Both the position numbers and the translations under genes were made by a program. From Escherichia phage AV126: a stretch of DNA of 64,000 nucleotides. Of this stretch, positions 52,819-62,138 are shown piece after piece. The notes under the pieces were generated by a model that did no database searches, had not been told where the DNA came from, and saw nothing but the letters and a program-made list of their open reading frames with translations. The number at the start of each line of letters is the position of its first letter. The stretch's first letter is position 1. Location: sequence record OR352956.1, one strand, 5' to 3'.

Positions 52819-53409
52819 TCAAATTATTAACGAAACCGCATGACTAAATTTTGGTTCAGATATAACCTCTGCTACAGTCACATATGTATCGTGCAGCCAA
52901 AAAGATTCTACTCTACAAACACAAATACCGTTGATAATGAAATCTACACAGGCTTTATTATTTTCGCACACTTGTTGACTATAAACAACCCCTAAAGAGT
53001 CATAAAGTGATCTAACTGTTGCTACCATTTCATCTGTTTCATCTTCGTGCGAAACAAAGAAAACGAATACAGACAAGTTGTTAGCGAAAGTACTGCTATT
53101 CTCTACTTCAACCGACTTACAAGGTAAAAAGGAGTAATATTTACCGTTAGGTATCAATTTCGCCTCAACCTGGTTAAGTATGCTTTGAGATGGTTTTGTT
53201 ACATAAAAAAGATTTTCTGTTGGGTTTTCAACATTACTCCTTACTATGCAACGAGTGGGGTTCGAAGGATCAAAAACATGATCAAAATCGACACACACAG
53301 GTAGGTTAACAACTTTAAACTTTTTGCTAAGAATGCTTACTGCTGTAAAAATCAAACCAGCATTTATTTTGCCAGTGAAAGTTGAACGCATAACTACTCC
53401 TCGGATCAT
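52819..53409 (-). CDS. hypothetical protein (196 aa)
   Basis: ORF in co-oriented block. Confidence 0.5.
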   Translation of the reverse strand: MIRGVVMRSTFTGKINAGLIFTAVSILSKKFKVVNLPVCVDFDHVFDPSNPTRCIVRSNVENPTENLFYVTKPSQSILNQVEAKLIPNGKYYSFLPCKSVEVENSSTFANNLSVFVFFVSHEDETDEMVATVRSLYDSLGVVYSQQVCENNKACVDFIINGICVCRVESFWLHDTYVTVAEVISEPKFSHAVSLII

Positions 53410-53600
53410 TCTACCAAAGAGAATTCCGCCTCTTCCAGGTAGATTACAGACCTTGTTGCATGATATTTAACGCTCCAGAAATTACCTTCGCGCCGTAAAA
53501 GTATCTCATTCACATCAAGATTGCTTAGAAAAACCATATAACTTAAAGCTTGTTGACGCGTTGAGAATTGTTTCTCTAAAAGTTCTTCTCCGCTCTGCAT
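53406..53600 (-). CDS. hypothetical protein (64 aa)
   Basis: ORF; AGGAGGGA SD. Confidence 0.45.
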   Translation of the reverse strand: MQSGEELLEKQFSTRQQALSYMVFLSNLDVNEILLRREGNFWSVKYHATRSVIYLEEAEFSLVE

Positions 53601-53646
53601 AATCCCTCCTTAAAAATACTCCCTCCGAGAAGGGAGTATAAGTATA

Positions 53647-53850
53647 TCACGTAGTTGTTATGTTGCCTTCTTGGATACTAGAATCCACTTCTGCAAACAT
53701 ATCTTCTGCACTGTAATTATTTCCAGTCCAGCGTGATAAAAGGATAGCACCAATCTCTTTTGCATGAGATTCAGACTCCGCATAAACGTTAGTCCCAGTG
53801 TCACCTTTCTTCTTTTCATGTGCATAAATGCAGTAATAATTGTAAGCCAT
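53647..53850 (-). CDS. hypothetical protein (67 aa)
   Basis: ORF in co-oriented block. Confidence 0.45.
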   Translation of the reverse strand: MAYNYYCIYAHEKKKGDTGTNVYAESESHAKEIGAILLSRWTGNNYSAEDMFAEVDSSIQEGNITTT

Positions 53851-54086
53851 TAGTCTTCCCAGTCATTGTCCTCGGTAGAGTGAACCAAAGCTCGCACGAT
53901 ACCACCGTAATCTACTGCCTGATTTGCAGCATGTTCGGCATAAACTTCAATGGCTTTTTTGAAGAAAAGAGCAGTAGCTGCTTCAATATTATCCATTTCG
54001 CCGTCTACATCAGTAGAAAGTGAAAGGTTGAGGCTTTCATCTACTTCATCAAAATCAATAGCCACTGTCATAATTAGTTTACCCAT
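53850..54086 (-). CDS. hypothetical acidic protein (78 aa)
   Basis: ORF; AAGGAGTG SD. Confidence 0.5.
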   Translation of the reverse strand: MGKLIMTVAIDFDEVDESLNLSLSTDVDGEMDNIEAATALFFKKAIEVYAEHAANQAVDYGGIVRALVHSTEDNDWED

Positions 54087-54098
54087 AGTTCACACTCC

Positions 54099-54608
54099 TT
54101 AAACAAAATAAAATGGTTGAGAGAGGCCCAAACGATTCTTTGGGTCGTATACATACCAAGCGTATGCTGTCTTATCTGTTCCACCTGCAACAAACGAAGG
54201 CCGTTCTGAAAGAACTATAAGGTTTGTCGGTGGATTCTTTTGATGGAACTCTCGTCGTTTCTTTGACTCCAAGAAGCCCAACCGAAGAAGATAAATACAA
54301 ACATCCGCCTCTTTTAAGCTCTTTTCCAAGAACTCCATTGCTAACTTAAATGGAGGGTTTGTGATTATAATGTCGGGACGATTTTCCCACTCGTGACTAA
54401 AATAATCCTTACCTTCTTCAAGTTCACAATATTCTGAACCTTCAGGAAAATGGCGATAAATCGCTTCAGCTTCACCTCTGCAAGGTTCTGCAAAAACCCA
54501 ACCTTCTTCCTTTAGATTTTTGAAATCTATAACACTAAACAAACTGTTGATTGCTTTTTGCGGTGTCGGATAATAATCGCTCGTTGGGCGATCATAATCT
54601 AATGCCAT
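54099..54608 (-). CDS. small methyltransferase-like protein with NPPF motif (169 aa)
   Basis: DIIITNPPF matches motif IV (N/D-PP-F/Y) of amino-methyltransferases; short. Confidence 0.45.
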   Translation of the reverse strand: MALDYDRPTSDYYPTPQKAINSLFSVIDFKNLKEEGWVFAEPCRGEAEAIYRHFPEGSEYCELEEGKDYFSHEWENRPDIIITNPPFKLAMEFLEKSLKEADVCIYLLRLGFLESKKRREFHQKNPPTNLIVLSERPSFVAGGTDKTAYAWYVYDPKNRLGLSQPFYFV

Positions 54609-55026
54609 CTAAAATCTCCTCTTTTGTAATATTATCCAACTCTTTAAAGGATGAAATCTCGTTTAATAATCCTATTTGATCAGCCTCTAGAGGATAAGTG
54701 TTTTTATCTGTTTTTCTAGACAGAATATCTTCAACAAACTTATCAATAGCCAAAGAAGAATCATAAAATTTTAAAAGTTGGTAATCCATAGGAGATATTT
54801 TGTCATCTCTTAGAAATATTTCTAACATGTTTTCAGGAGTATCGTGGTTTAGTTTATGTTCACCAAAAATATTAACTTCGTAAACATCTTTGCCAAACCA
54901 ACGTTTTTTCTTTTCAACAGTATAGGTTTTTGCCACCAGACCATCTAAACAGTTTCTTGCCCTCTTACATGTTTGACGGTAAGAGTGGATAGCGCCTTCA
55001 ACAAACTTAGCAGGAACTTGTAACAT
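54592..55026 (-). CDS. hypothetical protein (144 aa)
   Basis: ORF preceded by hairpin and AGGAGA SD. Confidence 0.5.
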   Translation of the reverse strand: MLQVPAKFVEGAIHSYRQTCKRARNCLDGLVAKTYTVEKKKRWFGKDVYEVNIFGEHKLNHDTPENMLEIFLRDDKISPMDYQLLKFYDSSLAIDKFVEDILSRKTDKNTYPLEADQIGLLNEISSFKELDNITKEEILDGIRL

Positions 55027-55046
55027 TATTAATCTCCTATGTTTAA

Positions 55047-55068
55047 GAAATGCCCCCGAAGGGGCAGT
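55047..55068 (-). terminator. intercistronic GC hairpin with UUCG loop (minus strand)
   Basis: Minus sense CUGCCCCUUCGGGGGCAUUUCUU between HslV-like gene and next ORF. Confidence 0.4.
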
Positions 55069-55071
55069 TTG

Positions 55072-55764
55072 TTAAATAGCGGTTCCTTCGAAATCCGCCA
55101 CATTTACGAGATTAATATTTTCAGATTTAGAAGTCAAGTTGTTTTCTGCAACAGATTTTTCTTCAGTATCCGCCTCGTTACCTGCCACGTTACGAGGTTC
55201 TTCTTCACCGTAGGGATTACCGAATTTCAAAAGATTGATCAATTCTTCTTTGGAGAAGTTTTCTAAATCATCGTCTGTTAATTCAATAATCTCATCTTGT
55301 TCTTCAACAAATGTTTCACCACCAGAAAAAGCATCTCGCTTTTTAGCTACTTCCATAGCCTGTTCTGGTGTTGCCCCTGCATCAAGAGCAGCTAAAGCAA
55401 AGTCTGACCCGCTTCCTACCGCATAATATTCTTCATCAATCGGATATGCACGTGTTGGGTTGTTACCTTCGTGCAGGAAAATACGTCCGTCAGGATGAAC
55501 AACAAGTGCAATAAACTCTTCATCTTCTTTATCTGGATCAGAGTGAATCATCAAACCAGGGACAGCATCACGTGCTGCTTCGCACTGTAGGTTTTGTTCA
55601 AACCATTGAAAGAAAGAAAGCACGGAGGTCAGACGACCAGCACCACCTACAAGGTAATCTCCAATTTTTCGGACCTTTTTGAAATTAATAGAATCTACAC
55701 GTCCGCCAAAAGTTACCTTACCATCACTCAAAATCTTATTCTTGGTTGCAATAATTGTCGTCAC
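55072..55764 (-). CDS. HslV-like Ntn-hydrolase peptidase with acidic C-terminal extension (230 aa)
   Basis: MTTIIATKN (Thr after Met as in HslV TTIVSV), KKVRKIGDYLVGGAG, YYAVGSGSDFALAAL align with E. coli HslV blocks; ~60-aa Glu/Asp-rich tail. Confidence 0.65.
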   Translation of the reverse strand: MTTIIATKNKILSDGKVTFGGRVDSINFKKVRKIGDYLVGGAGRLTSVLSFFQWFEQNLQCEAARDAVPGLMIHSDPDKEDEEFIALVVHPDGRIFLHEGNNPTRAYPIDEEYYAVGSGSDFALAALDAGATPEQAMEVAKKRDAFSGGETFVEEQDEIIELTDDDLENFSKEELINLLKFGNPYGEEEPRNVAGNEADTEEKSVAENNLTSKSENINLVNVADFEGTAI

Positions 55765-56267
55765 TATTCTTCCTCCTCTGTTAATGTTTTAAGAACCGCT
55801 TTCCCGCCATTCACATATTTGCAGATGTATTCTATCGCACGTAGTGTCTCTTTGTCAACAAAAATTTGATCAGACGTTGCGAGCGGGTTATTAAGAAGAT
55901 CACTGCAATCACGAACAAGCAGTGCTTTCTTATTAAACAAATTACTTAAGAACAGTAACTTCGCCTCTTCTTCTGTTATGTGCAGAAGGCTAGGATCGGA
56001 GCCAGCTATTCCTATTATACAATCAAACAAGCTTTCTTTACTATCAGAAAGTTCTTGAAAATGGTTTAAAAGCCAATCTTCTCCTAGACACCAACATTTA
56101 AACATTTCCAGTTTATCTCGGAGGGTCATATTCTCTAAAGTAAGAGCAATCTCTTTTTCAATATGGTTTACACAAATTTGACGAAATTCGTTAGGTTTTA
56201 CGAGTCCCGTTTGATAGCACTCATCTATACCGCTTCTTCCGATAGCTATTGTTGCTACACCCATCAA
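55764..56267 (-). CDS. hypothetical protein (167 aa)
   Basis: ORF; AGGAGGATTG SD. Confidence 0.5.
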   Translation of the reverse strand: MMGVATIAIGRSGIDECYQTGLVKPNEFRQICVNHIEKEIALTLENMTLRDKLEMFKCWCLGEDWLLNHFQELSDSKESLFDCIIGIAGSDPSLLHITEEEAKLLFLSNLFNKKALLVRDCSDLLNNPLATSDQIFVDKETLRAIEYICKYVNGGKAVLKTLTEEEE

Positions 56268-56299
56268 TCCTCCTTATAAATGGCTTCCCTGCCACGTTA

Positions 56300-57058
56300 T
56301 TAAATAAACACTTCAGTAATCAGTTTAGACAAACGTCCACGTTTATTATCGTCCGTTGTCAGTTCAACATATCCAATAAAATCTACAATTGGCTCACGAA
56401 CACCTTCTTCATTTTCTGGATATAAAAGTTCCAAAATTTGATGCAGACCATTGCTACGTTTTTTAATTGCATATGTCTGGCGAACATCACCTAATACAAT
56501 AACATGCGTATTAATACCTGCACGTTCAATAAGAAGTTTAAGTGTTTCTGTTGACATAAGTTGTGCTTCGTCAATAATGACAATTGTATTATCCAGGGTA
56601 GCTCCCAACAAATAGTTAGGAATATTCAATTCGATCTTACCTGATCCAATATCGTTTTCCAATTTGTTGGCTGTCATGAATTGCTGGAAAATACGTTTTG
56701 TAGATTCATAGTGTGCTGCTAGTTTATCTGTTTTATCCCCAGACAAGAAACCAATCTGGTCATCTCCGACTTCAGTAGGGTTTTTGATAAAAAGTAGTTT
56801 ACGGAAGTCTCCTGAACGAAGCATCTGCAAAGCTTTCCATAAAGCAACAGAGGTTTTACCAGTCCCTGCCGGAGCATTTACAACAGTCAGATCATTCCAA
56901 ATCATGCTTTGAACAATCTTATTTTGGTCCCCTTCAGGCATAAATTCATCTAAACGGTAATCGTCATTACCTACCGCTTTTGCTGCATAACGGCTTTCAA
57001 TCTTTGCTGAATTAGCCAGTTTCTGCCGTTGTGTTTTAGCTGCGGTTTTATTTCCCAT
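56300..57058 (-). CDS. phoH: PhoH-like ATPase (about 252 aa)
   Basis: ATG 57058 after AAGGAG; VNAPAGTGKTSVAL (Walker A), VIIDEAQLMS (Walker B). Confidence 0.8.
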   Translation of the reverse strand: MGNKTAAKTQRQKLANSAKIESRYAAKAVGNDDYRLDEFMPEGDQNKIVQSMIWNDLTVVNAPAGTGKTSVALWKALQMLRSGDFRKLLFIKNPTEVGDDQIGFLSGDKTDKLAAHYESTKRIFQQFMTANKLENDIGSGKIELNIPNYLLGATLDNTIVIIDEAQLMSTETLKLLIERAGINTHVIVLGDVRQTYAIKKRSNGLHQILELLYPENEEGVREPIVDFIGYVELTTDDNKRGRLSKLITEVFI

Positions 57059-57065
57059 AGTAGCA

Positions 57066-57090
57066 CTCCTTTTAGAAGGGGCCGAAGCCC
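57066..57090 (-). terminator. intercistronic GC hairpin with UUCG loop (minus strand)
   Basis: Minus sense AAAGGGGCUUCGGCCCCUUCU between lysozyme stop and phoH SD. Confidence 0.4.
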
Positions 57091-57095
57091 CTTTA

Positions 57096-57596
57096 TTAGT
57101 TGTAAGCATCTAAAGTTCCAGAAGTCAGAACTTTAATTACTCGTTCAGCACGGTTTGGCGTCTGGCTATACCATCGGCTTTTACGCATGTTTTTACCTGC
57201 TTGAGTATAATATGCATTGCTGATTAAAGTCAAGCTATTTTGAAACCCTTCAGCACCTTTTAACCCCAACTGGAAAACCATGTTGATTATTCCCAATTTA
57301 CGAGTATCACTCACCTTATCATAGATTGGTGATAAGATAGCACTGTTTTTTATGTCTCTCTTCACTTTTGCAACATCGTCAGCAAAGATTTGACGGGCTT
57401 CTTTTTCTGTGATAACTCCATTGGTCTTACGACCAAGGAGATTATCTAAGATTTGAATAGCCTTTGCTTTATCTTTTATTTTAGTCAGAAGGTGTCCTAT
57501 GCCGACTGTCCAATAACCAAGATGGTCTTGATAAACAGTAAGCTTCAGTCCTTCATCGACTCGTAGCATATCAAACTCATCTACTACTTTAGCCAT
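57096..57596 (-). CDS. e: T4-type lysozyme (endolysin, 166 aa)
   Basis: Colinear with T4 lysozyme: ...RVDEGLKLTVYQDHLGYWTVGIGHLLTK...GVITEKEA...INMVFQLG...SRWYSQTPNRAERVIKVL..GTLDAYN. Confidence 0.9.
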   Translation of the reverse strand: MAKVVDEFDMLRVDEGLKLTVYQDHLGYWTVGIGHLLTKIKDKAKAIQILDNLLGRKTNGVITEKEARQIFADDVAKVKRDIKNSAILSPIYDKVSDTRKLGIINMVFQLGLKGAEGFQNSLTLISNAYYTQAGKNMRKSRWYSQTPNRAERVIKVLTSGTLDAYN

Positions 57597-57603
57597 TTAC
57601 TTC

Positions 57604-57753
57604 CTATTCGTCGTCTCCTACTCCGTGATCCAACTCGTTAAACAATAGATGTTCTGGAGAAGTTTCACGTTTTGGTTTCGTTTTCTTTATGTTGGACTTC
57701 AGCTCATTTGCCAAAGCACGAGAAAAGATCTTACGTTTCTGTTTACTTTTCAT
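57604..57753 (-). CDS. hypothetical small basic protein (49 aa)
   Basis: ATG 57753 after GGAG; fills gap between glutaredoxin and lysozyme; below ORF-track cut-off. Confidence 0.35.
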   Translation of the reverse strand: MKSKQKRKIFSRALANELKSNIKKTKPKRETSPEHLLFNELDHGVGDDE

Positions 57754-57758
57754 AATTG

Positions 57759-58019
57759 TTACTCCGCAATTTGAGCCATGAGATCACGCAGTTCGGTAAA
57801 ACCGCCTACGTATGTTACCTCCCCGTTCACTTCAGACAGAATTTGTGGAAATGTGCGTGGAGGAACTCCGGTAAGATCAACAACTGTTTTAGTCATTGAT
57901 TCTAAATCGTAGTCTTGGTCAAGACTTAAATATTCAAACTGTTTATTGCGCATGGTTAATAGTTGTTTTGACATTTCACAAAATTGACAGTTAGGTTTAC
58001 CAAAAATTACAAATTCCAT
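57759..58019 (-). CDS. glutaredoxin-like thioredoxin (NrdC/NrdH-like, 86 aa)
   Basis: N-terminal active site GKPNCQFC (CxxC) in glutaredoxin-fold-sized protein; GGAG SD. Confidence 0.7.
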   Translation of the reverse strand: MEFVIFGKPNCQFCEMSKQLLTMRNKQFEYLSLDQDYDLESMTKTVVDLTGVPPRTFPQILSEVNGEVTYVGGFTELRDLMAQIAE

Positions 58020-58861
58020 TACCTCTCCTTATTAAGTAATACTGCTAAAGACTGTTCAATACCTTTATTTAAATCTGATTTTGTAAGATAGTGACTGGTT
58101 ACTAGTTGTGACTTCACCGGACGTGCTGCTGGAGCATTATAGGTTGAAGCTGATACCGCCGATATCTTAACAGGTTCTGGCATCTGTGTCAAGATCTTTT
58201 CCGCAAACTCCGCCCAAGAAATAAGATGGCTTCCTGCAAAATGGTAAGTCTTAACAGATCTTGACCAACCTGTTTTTAATACTTCAAAAATAGCTTCTGC
58301 TAAATCTGGGGCATATGTTGGACAAGAGAACTGATCAGCAACAATAATAAAATCACGTTGTCCATCATTATAGCGAGACAACATGGTTTTTAGAAAGTTA
58401 TTTCCAAATTCGCTATATACCGAGGCTGTTCGAATAATATATGCATTTGGGTTAACTCCTCGCACCATTTTTTCACCAAGTTCTTTCGTATACCCATAAT
58501 TGTTTATTGGGTTAGGTGTAGTATCTTCAAAAATAGGATGAGAATAATTAAAAATATAGTCTGTAGAAATATGCACAAAATCAATTTTAAGTTTGCTGCA
58601 CACTGCCGCAATATTTGCAGGTCCATACGCATTAACAGCCAAAGCAGTAGCAAATTCATGTTCTGCTTTATCTACCGCCGTATAAGCGGCGCAATTAATA
58701 ACACCATCTACATAATCTTCAACAATAGCGTTTCGCACAGCTTCAAAATTTGTAATATCTACACGTTCTTTAGGATAAATTAAAGATACATTTGCAGGGG
58801 CAACTTTACGTAAAGCTTGTCCCAGTTGTCCATTACCACCCAATACCAAATATGTTAGCAT
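58019..58861 (-). CDS. rmlD: dTDP-4-dehydrorhamnose reductase (RmlD, 280 aa)
   Basis: N-terminal Rossmann LVLGGNGQLGQAL; size and operon position after rmlC. Confidence 0.75.
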   Translation of the reverse strand: MLTYLVLGGNGQLGQALRKVAPANVSLIYPKERVDITNFEAVRNAIVEDYVDGVINCAAYTAVDKAEHEFATALAVNAYGPANIAAVCSKLKIDFVHISTDYIFNYSHPIFEDTTPNPINNYGYTKELGEKMVRGVNPNAYIIRTASVYSEFGNNFLKTMLSRYNDGQRDFIIVADQFSCPTYAPDLAEAIFEVLKTGWSRSVKTYHFAGSHLISWAEFAEKILTQMPEPVKISAVSASTYNAPAARPVKSQLVTSHYLTKSDLNKGIEQSLAVLLNKER

Positions 58862-59421
58862 ACACCCTCGCTACGTAACTGTTGAAAAGATTTAGCCATT
58901 GCATCTTTTGTTGATAGGATAGGTTTAAAACCTTCATCAAAAATCATATCGAAGCCCCAATCGATCCCTATATCAGGATCATCCCAACGTAAACTTTGTT
59001 CACTAGAAGAGTCGTATGGAGTTGTGCATTTGTATTCAAAGATAGCATCCATACTCAAAACTATAAAACCATGTGCCAAACCAGGTGGAAGCCAAAACTG
59101 CGTATGGTGTCGTGCACGAAGAACAACACCGTCCCAAGCACCGTAAGTAGGACTATCTTTACGTAAGTCTACAGCGAAATCCAATACTTCACCACTTACA
59201 CAACGAACAAGCTTACCTTGCGGATTATTTGTTTGAAAGTGCATTCCTCGCAAAACACCGAAGTTTGATTTAGACATGTTATCTTGAACGAAAGTTTGTC
59301 TACCAATAATATCTTCGTATTTTTGTTCATTATATGTTTCTAAAAAGAAACCACGGTCATCTTTATAAACGTCTGGTTTGATAATTACCGCACCTTCAAT
59401 TTTTGTCTTTTCTACTTTCAT
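58855..59421 (-). CDS. rmlC: dTDP-4-dehydrorhamnose 3,5-epimerase (RmlC, about 188 aa)
   Basis: ATG 59421 after GGAGAGAAA; cupin-type RmlC sequence (GVLRGMHFQ...); ORF-track 5' extension overlaps rmlA. Confidence 0.75.
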   Translation of the reverse strand: MKVEKTKIEGAVIIKPDVYKDDRGFFLETYNEQKYEDIIGRQTFVQDNMSKSNFGVLRGMHFQTNNPQGKLVRCVSGEVLDFAVDLRKDSPTYGAWDGVVLRARHHTQFWLPPGLAHGFIVLSMDAIFEYKCTTPYDSSSEQSLRWDDPDIGIDWGFDMIFDEGFKPILSTKDAMAKSFQQLRSEGVC

Positions 59422-60296
59422 TTTCTCTCCGCTAATTTGAGTAGGTATTGCCCGTACTCTGTTTTCTTCAGTGAGTTTCCATGATATACCAAAGTCTCTA
59501 AAGAAATCCACCCTTTTTTGAAAGCAATTTCTTCCAGGCACGCAATCTTCAACCCTTGACGGTTCTCAATAGTCTGCACGAATTGACCAGCTTCCATCAG
59601 ACTGGCGTGTGTTCCTGTGTCAAGCCAAGTAAATCCTCGTCCGAGAACTTCCACTTGTAACTTCCTGTCTTCGAGGTAGCTGCGATTGATATCTGTGATC
59701 TCCAGTTCTCCCCGCGCGGAAGGGGTTACTTCTAATGCACGTTCAACAACAGAGTTATCATAGAAATACAAACCTGTGACAGCATAATCTGATTTAGGAT
59801 TTTCAGGTTTCTCTTCAATAGAAATAGCTTGACGATTACTCCCAAATTCAACCACACCGAATCGTTCAGGATCTTTCACCAAATACCCGAAGATACAAGC
59901 TCCGCCACAAACATCTACCATCTCACTGGCGTTAATCAGTAGTTTACCAAAGCTTTGTCCGAAGAATAGGTTGTCACCTAAAATAAGAGCAACAGAGTCT
60001 TCTCCGATAAAATCTTTACCGATGATGAAAGCGTCCGCAAGACCTCGTGGCTCGGATTGGATTGCGTAAGTGAGTTTTATCCCAAACATAGACCCATCTC
60101 CGAGAAGATACTCAAAGTCTTCCTGATCGCCTGGTGTGGTGATGATTAAGATATCCTTAATGTCAGCCAACATCAATACCGATAAAGGGTAGTAGATCAT
60201 GGGTTTGTCATACACAGGGAGCAATTGCTTGCTCACACTGCGTGTTACCGGATGAAGGCGGGTTCCACTTCCTCCCGCCAAAATAATACCTTTCAT
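59418..60296 (-). CDS. rmlA: glucose-1-phosphate thymidylyltransferase (RmlA, about 292 aa)
   Basis: ATG 60296 after GGAG; [18 protein letters not shown]...VEFGSN...VTGLYFYD typical of RmlA. Confidence 0.85.
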   Translation of the reverse strand: MKGIILAGGSGTRLHPVTRSVSKQLLPVYDKPMIYYPLSVLMLADIKDILIITTPGDQEDFEYLLGDGSMFGIKLTYAIQSEPRGLADAFIIGKDFIGEDSVALILGDNLFFGQSFGKLLINASEMVDVCGGACIFGYLVKDPERFGVVEFGSNRQAISIEEKPENPKSDYAVTGLYFYDNSVVERALEVTPSARGELEITDINRSYLEDRKLQVEVLGRGFTWLDTGTHASLMEAGQFVQTIENRQGLKIACLEEIAFKKGWISLETLVYHGNSLKKTEYGQYLLKLAERK

Positions 60297-60304
60297 AGCC
60301 CTCC

Positions 60305-61297
60305 TTAAATCTTCCCACTCCACCATTGAGGGTTGTTTAAGTACCATTCAATCGTTGAGTAGAGATCTTGTTCAAATGTAGAGTTTGCACTCCAACCCAG
60401 TTCAGACTCTATTTTAGAAGGATTGATTTCATAACGCAAGTCATGTCCTTTACGATCTTCAACAAAAGTTATCAAGTTGGAAGAAGGGTAGGTTCCTGCT
60501 TCTGGATGTACAGCATCCATGTAGTCACAAACCATATAGATGATCTCCATATTGGTTTTGGGATTACGTGTTCCAACATTATACGTTTGACCTGGTTCTC
60601 CACCTGTTGCCACTTGAAGAATAGCTCGCGCATGATCCTCAACAAAAAGCCAGTCTCGCACCTGATCGCCTTTACCATACACCGGAATCTCTTTATTCGT
60701 CAAGATACTTGTGATGATTTTTGGGATCAGCTTTTCTGGATGTTGATAAGGTCCAAAGTTATTGGAGCAGTTGGTTATCACAACAGGTAAACCGTAGGTA
60801 CGGTACCAAGCTTTCACAAGATGGTCAGATGCTGCCTTAGACGCACTGTACGGGCTTGAAGGGGCATAAGCTGTCTCTTCGGTAAAGGGAACGCCAGAGT
60901 CTGCCATATCGCCGTACACTTCGTCTGTGGAGACGTGTACGAACATCTTCAGTTTATTTTTTGGGAGGAGCCTTGCAGCTTCCAATAAATTGTATGTGCC
61001 AATAATATTGGAGTCGATGAAAACTCGTGGATTCTTGATAGAATTATCCACATGACTCTCTGCCGCTAAGTGAATGATGAAATCGGGATTGCACTCTACT
61101 ACTAAACTTTTGACCTGGGTTTCGTTTGCCAAATCTGTTATGCTTAGTTTAACGTGAGTGATATCGCCTACATTCTCAATATCTGCTGCATAGCCCATCT
61201 TATCAACGACAAAAACTTCGTTATTGGGATCTTGACAAAGAGAGCGCACCACGGCACTCCCAATAAAACCAAGACCACCTGTTACCAGATAGCGCAT
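60305..61297 (-). CDS. rmlB: dTDP-glucose 4,6-dehydratase (RmlB, 330 aa)
   Basis: [16 protein letters not shown], ...HLAAESHVD..., YSASKAA (YxxxK) SDR motifs. Confidence 0.85.
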   Translation of the reverse strand: MRYLVTGGLGFIGSAVVRSLCQDPNNEVFVVDKMGYAADIENVGDITHVKLSITDLANETQVKSLVVECNPDFIIHLAAESHVDNSIKNPRVFIDSNIIGTYNLLEAARLLPKNKLKMFVHVSTDEVYGDMADSGVPFTEETAYAPSSPYSASKAASDHLVKAWYRTYGLPVVITNCSNNFGPYQHPEKLIPKIITSILTNKEIPVYGKGDQVRDWLFVEDHARAILQVATGGEPGQTYNVGTRNPKTNMEIIYMVCDYMDAVHPEAGTYPSSNLITFVEDRKGHDLRYEINPSKIESELGWSANSTFEQDLYSTIEWYLNNPQWWSGKI

Positions 61298-61306
61298 CAG
61301 TTCTCC

Positions 61307-61633
61307 TTACCAGACATGTTGAGAAATAATAGTTTCCGTTTTAATGTTATATTTTTCAAGTAGCTTTGCATAGGCTTCTTTTGCATTCTCATTCAATTGC
61401 TCAAGATCTACAGCTATGCTTCCTTCTCCGCCTTCTAAATCAAGGCCATATATGCAATAAGACTCATCCGCATCGTAGAAAGGAGAGATGCGGCTTAAGT
61501 CAAGACCTTCTTGTAAGAACCAGTTAAAATCTCCGTCAAATTCTTCTTCAATTCTAGGATCTTCTCCTACAGCCTCTTCCCACTTATTAAAAGGTGCACC
61601 CTGTAACATACGCCATTCGATATCAATACCCAT
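61307..61633 (-). CDS. hypothetical acidic protein (108 aa)
   Basis: ORF in co-oriented block. Confidence 0.5.
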   Translation of the reverse strand: MGIDIEWRMLQGAPFNKWEEAVGEDPRIEEEFDGDFNWFLQEGLDLSRISPFYDADESYCIYGLDLEGGEGSIAVDLEQLNENAKEAYAKLLEKYNIKTETIISQHVW

Positions 61634-61928
61634 TTTTCATCTCCTCCTCTTCTTGAGCAGCTTTAATAATTGCTTCATAAATATCGTAAGCAATGCCTCC
61701 ACAACATCTAGCTTCGAAAGCTATTGCTTCTGCAATGTGATCTGTTAATTCTCGTGGAATGCGAACATACTCTTTTTCACTCTCCATCTTCTACCTCCAA
61801 CCCTTCTTTTTCAAAGACTACTACTCGTCCCTCACCATGACAATTCAGGCAAGGAAATGTTACCATAATTTCCACTTCCATCTGTCCCGTCCCACCGCAC
61901 ACAGGACAAAAAATAAGTTTTTCAGCCA

Positions 61929-62138
61929 CTATTCCTCCTTAATTATTTCAAATTTGGCAACACCATTTACAATAATATGACCACAAGACATAACTCCTAG
62001 CCAAGGATCGCCGTTTTTCTTCAGGCGTTTACCGAATACATCACAAAAACCATTCTTCATTTCAGAGGCTTCATAAGAAGCCCCTTTATCAAAAACGTCT
62101 TTGAATGTGTCGATTATACCAACACATTTCAAAATCAT
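61929..62138 (-). CDS. hypothetical protein (69 aa)
   Basis: ORF; start overlaps nrdB stop. Confidence 0.45.
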   Translation of the reverse strand: MILKCVGIIDTFKDVFDKGASYEASEMKNGFCDVFGKRLKKNGDPWLGVMSCGHIIVNGVAKFEIIKEE

